Positions 1 through 8,390 of a DNA stretch of 64,000 nucleotides are shown here, piece by piece; position 1 is the stretch's first letter; each line of letters begins with the position of its first letter. The stretch comes from an uncultured archaeon. GTDB taxonomy: Archaea; Thermoproteota; Nitrososphaeria; Nitrososphaerales; Gagatemarchaeaceae. Location: contig CAWFOU010000007.1 in assembly GCA_963817525.1 (NCBI GenBank), positions 192,001 through 256,000 on the forward strand, given 5' to 3'. The translations under genes were made by a program, and so were the position numbers. The notes beneath the pieces are model-generated. The model was given only the letters and a program-made list of their open reading frames with translations, did no database searches and was not told where the DNA came from.

Positions 1-264
1 GGCAATCAGGATCATCGAGAAGGAGGCTACGGGGAACGTGATACTGGTCTCCCACGGCGACGTGATTACCGCCATGCTCGAGGGTGTGGTCGAAAGAAAG
101 GTCGGCGATGAGAGATACTACGTCTTCCACCCTGAGCCGGCCTCGCTTTGCATCGTCGAAATCAAGGACAGGCCGTTCCTGATTCTGTATAACTATCACC
201 GCAGGCAGTTTGCGAAATTCGGTCCGTCTGCCGAGTCGAGGCGTCGGACGCGCGAAGCCACTTA

Positions 265-268
<4 letters not shown>
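1..268 (+). CDS. histidine phosphatase (phosphoglycerate mutase-like) family protein, 5'-partial
   Basis: C-terminal LVSHGDVI motif, then PASLCIVEI...LYN as in the His_Phos_1 C-terminus; the frame appears to run off the window edge. Confidence 0.6.
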
Positions 269-2022
<1,754 letters not shown>

Positions 2023-2084
2023 TGCTGGGAAGGGCGCCCTCTAGGTTCCTGATAAGAGTGTCCATTTCTGCGAAGAGACGTTCG

Positions 2085-2759
2085 TCAATGCGCGAGGCGG
2101 ACGAGCGCCACGTCCTCGGGAGCGACCGTGCGCGTGACAGGCCCCTCGAGCACGAGCGAGCCTCCTTCCTCCAGCCGCACCGCCTTCCCCTTCACAACGC
2201 GGCCGTCTGCGGTCCTCACATCGACCTCCTGCCCGAGCCAGGATATGGTGGGCTGGATCCTTTGGACGAGCTTGCTGAGCATCCCCCTCTCCCACTCGGC
2301 GAGATACCAGTCGAGGGCGTGCAGGATCTTTTCGCGCAGGAGGCTGGCGTCTATCTCGACTCCGAGGACTTTCGCGATGGACGTCGAACGCAGCCCTGTA
2401 GGCATGGACGCGCTGTCGCCGAAGCAACTCACCGAGACCTCGAAGACGGCATGGGCCTTCGCACCCGGGCGCGAGGGCCGCGTGAGGTAGAGGGAGGTAT
2501 TGGCGACGACCTTCCCGTCGATGGTGACCAGGTTGGGCCAATGGAGCCAGCTGATGATACCGGTGTCCCTCCTGATGCCCTCCGACGCGCAGGCGGCGGA
2601 GAGCGGGCCGAGTAGGCCGAATGCGCCAGGAGCGGCGGGTGAGAAGGCCCGGCAGACCCAAAGCCGGAGGAGGCCCCGCCTCCCGCCCTGGACGACGAGG
2701 CCGTCGGAGAAGCGCCTCACCGCTGAGCCTCTCCTCACCCTCCAGTCGTAGTGGGACAA
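2085..2759 (-). CDS. BirA/biotin-protein-ligase-like protein with degenerate catalytic motifs
   Basis: LHWPNLVTIDGKVVAN aligns to KWPNDxxxxGKKxxGIL; STSI segment and SH3-like C-terminus (LGQEVDV...GKAVRLEEGGSLVLE); TTG start inferred. Confidence 0.65.
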   Translation of the reverse strand: MSHYDWRVRRGSAVRRFSDGLVVQGGRRGLLRLWVCRAFSPAAPGAFGLLGPLSAACASEGIRRDTGIISWLHWPNLVTIDGKVVANTSLYLTRPSRPGAKAHAVFEVSVSCFGDSASMPTGLRSTSIAKVLGVEIDASLLREKILHALDWYLAEWERGMLSKLVQRIQPTISWLGQEVDVRTADGRVVKGKAVRLEEGGSLVLEGPVTRTVAPEDVALVRLAH

Positions 2760-2929
2760 GGAGCAAAGCGCCGCGGGTGCGCGGTCATATCCTTTCGTGG
2801 GCACGGCAGGAATGCCGGTGTGAGGGGGATGTGGCTCGACGTCTACAGCGTCTACGAGGACAAGGCAATGTCTGAGAAGGTTAGGTTTATTTCGAGAGGG
2901 CGACGGCACGGCGCACAGCAGGCCCCAAA

Positions 2930-3889
2930 TTGGACACCAAGGAACTCGCCGCTCGGCTCGCAAAGGGAGACAGGAGGGCCGTCGCGAAGGCGATCACCTT
3001 GGTCGAGAACGACGGCGCTGGGTCGTCGGGGCTCCTCAAGGCGATAGGCCCGAAGCTCGGCCACGCGTTCGTCATCGGCGTGACAGGCCCGCCGGGCACG
3101 GGGAAGAGCAGCCTCGTGGACAGGCTCACGGAGAGCTATAGGAAGAAGGGGCTGAAGGTAGGCATAGTAGCCATCGACCCAACGAGCCCGCTCACGGGGG
3201 GCGCGCTGCTGGGGGACAGGATAAGGATGGTCGACCACACGATGGACGAGGGGGTCTTCATCAGGAGCATGGCCTCGCGGGGATGGGCCGGCGGCCTGTC
3301 GGGGGCGGTCGCCGACGTCATCCAGCTGCTCGACGCGGCGGGGATGGACGTGGTGATGGTCGAGACCGTGGGGATAGGGCAGTCTGACACGGACGTCGTC
3401 CGCGTCGCGCACGCGGTGATGGTCGTGCTCATGCCCGGGCTGGGGGACGACGTGCAGGCCTCGAAGGCTGGCCTGATGGAGATTGGCGACGTCTACGTGG
3501 TCAACAAGGCCGACCTCCCCGGGGCCGACGACATGGTGGTCGACCTCCTCGCGATGACGAGGGATTCCAAGGGGCGCAACCCCTCGGTGCTCAAAGTCTC
3601 GGCGGCGAAGAAGGAGGGGATCGACCAGGTGCTGGGGGTGCTGGAGGGCGCGAGGGGCAGGTTCCTCGCCTCTCCCGGCGAGGGAGGGGACGACGTCAGG
3701 CTCAAGAGCATCAAGGGGATGATAACCGAGCTCGCGCGGCGTAGGGTCCTCGTGGGCTTCGAGGAGAGGGCCGAGGGGAAGGTGGACGTGCTGGCCCGGC
3801 AGGTGGTCGCCCACAGGCTAACTATGGACGAGGCCGCGAACCAGCTCTTCGGAGAGAAGGCACGACCCAGAGGGAGGGCGCGCCGATGA
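2930..3889 (+). CDS. meaB: methylmalonyl-CoA mutase-associated GTPase MeaB
   Basis: GVTGPPGTGKS, DPTSPLTGGALLGDRIRM, ETVGIGQ, VNKAD. Confidence 0.93.
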   Translation: MDTKELAARLAKGDRRAVAKAITLVENDGAGSSGLLKAIGPKLGHAFVIGVTGPPGTGKSSLVDRLTESYRKKGLKVGIVAIDPTSPLTGGALLGDRIRMVDHTMDEGVFIRSMASRGWAGGLSGAVADVIQLLDAAGMDVVMVETVGIGQSDTDVVRVAHAVMVVLMPGLGDDVQASKAGLMEIGDVYVVNKADLPGADDMVVDLLAMTRDSKGRNPSVLKVSAAKKEGIDQVLGVLEGARGRFLASPGEGGDDVRLKSIKGMITELARRRVLVGFEERAEGKVDVLARQVVAHRLTMDEAANQLFGEKARPRGRARR

Positions 3890-5271
3890 CCATGGCGATG
3901 GACCTCTCCGAGAGGCTGGCCGAGTACGCCTCGTCCCTGACCTACGACGACCTGAGCGAGTCGGTTGTGAAGGAGGCGAAGAAGCGGCTCCTGGACAGCC
4001 TGGGTTGCGCCATGGGCGCATACGGCGAGGCCCCCGCGAAGGCCGCGAGGCGGCTCGCGGAGAAGGGATACCCAGGGAAGGCCTCGACGCTCCTCGGGAC
4101 GAGGAAGAAGACGACGCCCGACATGGCCACGTTCGTGAACGGGTTGATGGTGAGGTACTTCGATTTCAACGACACCTACCTCTCGAAGGAGCCGGGGCAC
4201 CCCAGCGACAACATACCGGCGTGCCTCGCGGCGGCGGAGATGGAGGGCAGGTCGGGGAAGGAACTCATCCTTGCGATCGTCCTCGCTTATGAGATCCAGT
4301 GCCGGCTCTGCGACGCCGCGAACCTCCGCCACCGGGGCTGGGACCACGTCAACTACGGGCTCGTGTCGGGGGCCCTCTCTGCGGGGAGGCTCCTGGGGCT
4401 ATCCAAGGCCCAGCTGGCCCAGGCGGTCAACATCTCGCTCAACTCCCACCTGGCGATGAGGCAGGTGAGGGCGGGCGCGCTCTCGATGTGGAAGGGGTTC
4501 TCGTTCGCCAACGCCTCGCGCAACGCCGTCTTCTCCGCGCTCCTCGCCCGCGAGGGGATAACCGGGCCCGCCCCGGTCTTCGAGGGGGAGATGGGCTTCT
4601 TCAACCAGGTCTCGGGCCGCTTCCTGCTCGACGTGAAGTCCTTCGGGGGGAAGGGGAGGAGGTTCAAGCTTGAGGACACCTTCGTGAAGTTCTACCCCGC
4701 GGAGTACCACGCCCAGACCGCGATCTGGGCCGCCCTGGGCATCAGGGAGAAGATCAAGGGCGACCCCATGAAGAGGGTCGCCTACGTCGGGATCGATACC
4801 CACGAGGCGGGGTACACGATCCTCGGGAGGGACCCCGAGAAGTGGACCCCGGAGACGAGGGAGACCGCCGACCACTCGCTCCCCTACATAGTGACGATGG
4901 CTCTCCTCGAGGGGAGGATCGACAACGAGACCTACGCCGCCGGGAAGCTCAAGGACCCCGCCATCAGGGAGTTCATGAAGAGGGTCATCGTGAAGGAGGA
5001 CAAGGCCCTGACGGAGGTATACCCGGTGAGCACCCCCAACAGGGTCACCGTGAGGCTCGACGACGGGGAGGCTCTCGTGGTGAAGGTGGACGACCCGCGG
5101 GGCCACCCCAGCAACCCCATGACGGAGGAGGAGATTGAGCAGAAATTCAGGCTCCTCACCAAGGGGGTCCTGAAGGGACCTCAGGTCGAGAAAGCCCTGA
5201 AGTTCGTGAGGACCGTCGAAGACCATGCGGGCGTCTCCCCGCTCCTGGCGGCGTGCGTCGTGGCCCCCTAG
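3886..5271 (+). CDS. prpD: MmgE/PrpD family 2-methylcitrate dehydratase
   Basis: RYFDFNDTYLSKEPGHPSDNI, RGWDHV, SMWKG, FYPAEYHAQTA, RETADHSLPY. Confidence 0.92.
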   Translation: MTMAMDLSERLAEYASSLTYDDLSESVVKEAKKRLLDSLGCAMGAYGEAPAKAARRLAEKGYPGKASTLLGTRKKTTPDMATFVNGLMVRYFDFNDTYLSKEPGHPSDNIPACLAAAEMEGRSGKELILAIVLAYEIQCRLCDAANLRHRGWDHVNYGLVSGALSAGRLLGLSKAQLAQAVNISLNSHLAMRQVRAGALSMWKGFSFANASRNAVFSALLAREGITGPAPVFEGEMGFFNQVSGRFLLDVKSFGGKGRRFKLEDTFVKFYPAEYHAQTAIWAALGIREKIKGDPMKRVAYVGIDTHEAGYTILGRDPEKWTPETRETADHSLPYIVTMALLEGRIDNETYAAGKLKDPAIREFMKRVIVKEDKALTEVYPVSTPNRVTVRLDDGEALVVKVDDPRGHPSNPMTEEEIEQKFRLLTKGVLKGPQVEKALKFVRTVEDHAGVSPLLAACVVAP

Positions 5272-5280
5272 GCCCGTGGC

Positions 5281-6393
5281 CTACCTGCTTTCCAGAGGGA
5301 TGTAATTCAGACCCTTCTTTCCGATGTAAGTGGCGTCGGGCCTGTATATCCTGTTGTCCATCAGCTGCTCGTTGTAGTGAGCGACCCAGCCGACGGTCCT
5401 GCTCGAGGCGAAGATGGGCGTGAAGGTCTCGATGGGGATGCCCAAGGTCATGAAGAGCGGGGCGGCGTAAAAGTCGACGTTCGAGGGGAGCTTCTTGAAC
5501 TCCCAGGCGGCGTTCTCTACGGCCTCGCAGAGCTTGTAGATGTCGAGGCTCTTCTTTTCCTTTTCGAGGAGGTCCCTTAGGAGCTTCTTCGCTAACTGGG
5601 AGCGCGGGTCGACGGTCTTGTAGACCCTGTGGCCGAAGCCCATTATCTTTTCGCCCTTGGCCAAGGTCTCCTGGACGTAGGGTCTCGCGTTGTCAGCGGT
5701 CCCTATCTTGAGGAGCATCTGCATGGCCGCCTCGTTGGCTCCCCCGTGAAGGGGCCCCTTGAGGGCGGCGAGCCCCGCGGTGCACGCGGCGTAGATGTCC
5801 GCCAACGTGGAGGCGACCACCCTCACGGTGAAGGCCGAAGCGTTGAGGTCGTGCTCCAGGTATAGGATTAGCATCCTCTCGAAGCACCAGGCCTCGTAGC
5901 TCGTGGGCTTCTTCCCGGTGAGCATGTAGAGGTAGTTAGCGGTGAGGCTGAGGGACGGGTCGGGCTCGGCTGGCTCCATCCCCTTGTTCAATCGGTAGCA
6001 GTTGGCCACTAGGGCCGGCATCTGCGCGATGATCGAGAGCTTCTGCTCCTCCGACGAGATTCCCCCCTCGGTGGCGCCCAGCCCAGAGACGGCAGTGCGC
6101 AGGACGTCCATCAGGTGCGCCTCGCGGGGTATCTCCTTGACGAGCTGGTAGACGTTGCGGGGGACGAGCGAATACCTCCTCAGCTTCGCCTCGAACTCCG
6201 CCAGCTCTCGCTTCTTCGGGAGCCTCCCGTACAGGATCAGGTAGGTGGACTCCTCGAAGGTCGAGTGCTCGAAGAGGTCATTGATGGCATACCCGCGGTA
6301 GATCAGCGTGCCGTCCGAGTCGCTGATCGCAATGCTGGTGTCCGCTACCGCGACTCCGTCGAGCCCCTTTGGGGCCCGGAGTATCTCTGCCAT
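5281..6393 (-). CDS. prpC: citrate/2-methylcitrate synthase
   Basis: EHDLNAS, LKGPLHGGANE, IMGFGHRVYK..DPR, NVDFY; clustered with prpD and prpB. Confidence 0.85.
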   Translation of the reverse strand: MAEILRAPKGLDGVAVADTSIAISDSDGTLIYRGYAINDLFEHSTFEESTYLILYGRLPKKRELAEFEAKLRRYSLVPRNVYQLVKEIPREAHLMDVLRTAVSGLGATEGGISSEEQKLSIIAQMPALVANCYRLNKGMEPAEPDPSLSLTANYLYMLTGKKPTSYEAWCFERMLILYLEHDLNASAFTVRVVASTLADIYAACTAGLAALKGPLHGGANEAAMQMLLKIGTADNARPYVQETLAKGEKIMGFGHRVYKTVDPRSQLAKKLLRDLLEKEKKSLDIYKLCEAVENAAWEFKKLPSNVDFYAAPLFMTLGIPIETFTPIFASSRTVGWVAHYNEQLMDNRIYRPDATYIGKKGLNYIPLESR

Positions 6394-6546
6394 GCGAGGT
6401 TCAGAAGCAATAAACCCGATATTAATGGTTATAGACGATATATAACCTGCTCTTAGTCGTCATTCAGGCGCTTTAGGGACTCGCAACCCCAATCGTTTCC
6501 CGCTTTTACCCGTCGGTTGCCATCATTCGAGAAGCAATACGCCGTG

Positions 6547-6555
6547 AAAAAAAAA
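6547..6555 (-). terminator. T9 tract, candidate archaeal intrinsic terminator of the minus-strand RHS locus transcript
   Basis: 9 consecutive A on the + strand in GC-rich DNA, downstream of the RHS cassettes. Confidence 0.3.
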
Positions 6556-6661
6556 GCAAAGCCTACGCGCTCCGGAGGCTTAGGGCGCTTTCGCCTAAAA
6601 AGGGGCGGAATCCGACGTGGGAACTTCCGCACGCGAAAGCCCCGAGGGGGACGCACCCGGT

Positions 6662-6683
6662 TGATGGCAAGGAGGGGCAGGGA
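6662..6683 (+). repeat. 22-bp direct repeat, copy 1 (TGATGGCAAGGAGGGGCAGGGA)
   Basis: 20/22 identical to 7114-7135; overlaps the ATG of the HTH-NUMOD3 ORF. Confidence 0.6.
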
Positions 6684-7116
6684 TTCCGGGGCGCCCCTGC
6701 ACCGCCATAGGCCGTGAGAGGAGTGGGGCGAGATTACGTCCAAATACAAGTCGGGCGCACTCCTTAGGGAACTCGCGAAGGAGTATGACCTGTCCCAGAA
6801 ATATATCACCGCCTCCCCGCATGGAGAGCTCCCAGACGAGGACACCCGGGCGATAGGCAGAGCGCACAGCGCGAAAGCGAGTGCAGAACGCCCTCACACA
6901 GTGAGCGACCGGACCAGGGAGAAGATGCGCCAGGCCAAACTCGGGCACGTGGTTAGCGCCGATACCAAGGAGAAGATGCGCCAAGCCGGACTCCGCCACT
7001 GGGCGCTTGCGCGCAGACTCGAGGACAGCAATGACCCCTCTCTGGACCCCTATTTGGACGAGATAATTCGGATTCCATGGGGGTGGGTCGTCGCGGTCTC
7101 GGAGACCGTCCTCTGA
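6664..7116 (+). pseudogene. HTH plus tandem NUMOD3 DNA-binding protein with one in-frame TGA (6715-6717)
   Basis: Track ORFs 6517-6717 and 6901-7116 share a frame separated by one stop. The continuation reads EEWGEITSKYKSGALLRELAKEYDLSQKYI (HTH-like), then HTVSDRTREKMRQAKLG and HVVSADTKEKMRQAGL (NUMOD3-like). Confidence 0.6.
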
Positions 7117-7135
7117 TGGCCAAGAGGGGCAGGGA
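7114..7135 (+). repeat. 22-bp direct repeat, copy 2 (TGATGGCCAAGAGGGGCAGGGA)
   Basis: 20/22 identical to 6662-6683; overlaps the stop of the HTH-NUMOD3 ORF and the end of the RHS remnant. Confidence 0.6.
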
Positions 7136-7271
7136 CGGGTGCAGGGGTGGGGGCGACGGGGTTCGTGGTCGTGGTGGCAGCACAGTCGTAGACTACGGCG
7201 CAGCTCCCCGTCGGGTCGGTACTGCTCTCCTGGTTGTCTAGGGCGTAGATGTACCGGTCGAGGCTCTGGGG
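7125..7271 (-). pseudogene. orphan RHS core remnant (cassette 3), toxin tip missing
   Basis: Encodes PQSLDRYIYALDNQESSTDPTGSCAVVYDCAATTTTN; 7161-7220 is identical to 9060-9119 and 7221-7271 is similar to 9120-9170. Confidence 0.85.
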
Positions 7272-7282
7272 GGATTTTTCAT

Positions 7283-7510
7283 CTATCGCGTGGATAACGC
7301 CGAGATATTGGTCTGTTTTCTGTAATTCCTCCATTTTTTGGAATTGTCCCATGTAGCTATCACAAAAACGGCGAAAGAAAGAAGCTTAAGGGCGCCGGTT
7401 GTCAATGGTGCGAGCTTCAATTCATTTACGAGCACTAGAACAGCAACTTCAAAAGCTACTAATGACAGTCCAACAGCACAGAATTTCCATTCCGTTCTAT
7501 CCAGGATCAA
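7283..7510 (-). CDS. small 2-TM membrane protein, putative immunity protein 2
   Basis: AT-rich; two hydrophobic helices; starts 11 bp after the tandem stops that end orphan tip 2. Confidence 0.6.
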   Translation of the reverse strand: MILDRTEWKFCAVGLSLVAFEVAVLVLVNELKLAPLTTGALKLLSFAVFVIATWDNSKKWRNYRKQTNISALSTR

Positions 7511-7521
7511 ATGCCCCCTTA

Positions 7522-7939
7522 TCAGCCAAACAAGTTGAAGAAAAGTCCTTCAGCCCACGTGTCTAGTCCTTTTTGGGCCATAAAATTTGGATTGTTCCAG
7601 TTATTGTAGGTGTAGATGACTTCGTCGCCCTCAGGACAGCACTGAAGGTCCGGCCACGAAAGCGGCACCACCTGTGCCTAGCCCGGCTACTATAACCAAT
7701 GCGATCGCAGTAATACCAATGATGTTGTCGAGCATTAGTCCATCCCGGTTTGAAGTTAAACCGGAACTATTTGCCGTAGCCGGTACATCCGAACTAGCAG
7801 TTGTTGAAATACTCGTCGTCGTTGAACTCGTCGAAGGTGACGACTGCGTCGAGGTATTGGGCACGAAACCCGACCCCGGAGTCCCATCGGAGACATTGGC
7901 CAGGCAATGTGAGCACGTGGTCTGGGACGGACCGCCCAA
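7522..7939 (-). pseudogene. orphan RHS C-terminal toxin cassette 2 (linker homology plus new hydrophobic tip), frameshifted near 7635
   Basis: 7811-7887 matches 8697-8773 (77 bp, 2 mismatches), followed by a different tip IIGITAIALVIVAGLGTGGAAFVAG; an alternate frame continues GDEVIYTYNNWNNPNFMAQKGLDTWAEGLFFNLFG-TGA-TAA. Confidence 0.75.
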
Positions 7940-7976
7940 TCCCGATGGAGATGATTTCCGTCACTGGGAGGAAGCT

Positions 7977-8378
7977 TCATATCGCATTTTTGCCCTTCGA
8001 AAATGATTTTCTCATCGAAATGGCTTTGCTCATGACCGCCGCGTAGTAACCGAGTTGCGGAACACCGCTGAGTATCAGGACAATAAAGGCGTCAGAGAAT
8101 GCAGATTGATTATGCCCCACAAAGAAGAATACTTCTACGGCCAAGCTGGCATCCATGACTGCTATGGAGGAAAGAACCCACCTTCGCAATCTTGGAAGAA
8201 ACTGGTCAAGAGTTTTGAACGACACAAATTGCTCGTTCATCTTCAATGTGAGAGCCCCCGAAAAGATTAGCAGTGGAACCTCAAACGATTTCGCAAAGAA
8301 AGGGACGACAAAAAACGCAAGAAGAAGAAGCAACACGAATGAGAGATTTGTAAGACGGTGGAATACCCTCAAGGACAC
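7977..8378 (-). CDS. multi-TM membrane protein, putative cognate immunity protein 1
   Basis: Starts 12 bp after the RHS stop, AT-rich, about 4 hydrophobic segments. Confidence 0.65.
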   Translation of the reverse strand: MSLRVFHRLTNLSFVLLLLLAFFVVPFFAKSFEVPLLIFSGALTLKMNEQFVSFKTLDQFLPRLRRWVLSSIAVMDASLAVEVFFFVGHNQSAFSDAFIVLILSGVPQLGYYAAVMSKAISMRKSFSKGKNAI

Positions 8379-8390
8379 TATCGAGAGAAC

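Noticed and set aside
6556-6600. c-di-GMP-I riboswitch suggested by GCAAAGCCT
   Set aside because: Only this short motif matches; the upstream GGCAAAC-GAAA stem and GGGAC elements are absent.
6715-6717. Selenocysteine or programmed read-through at the in-frame TGA of the HTH-NUMOD3 ORF
   Set aside because: The position is not a Cys-equivalent catalytic site, no selenoprotein family is involved, and TGA is used as a normal stop throughout; a nonsense mutation or sequencing error is simpler.
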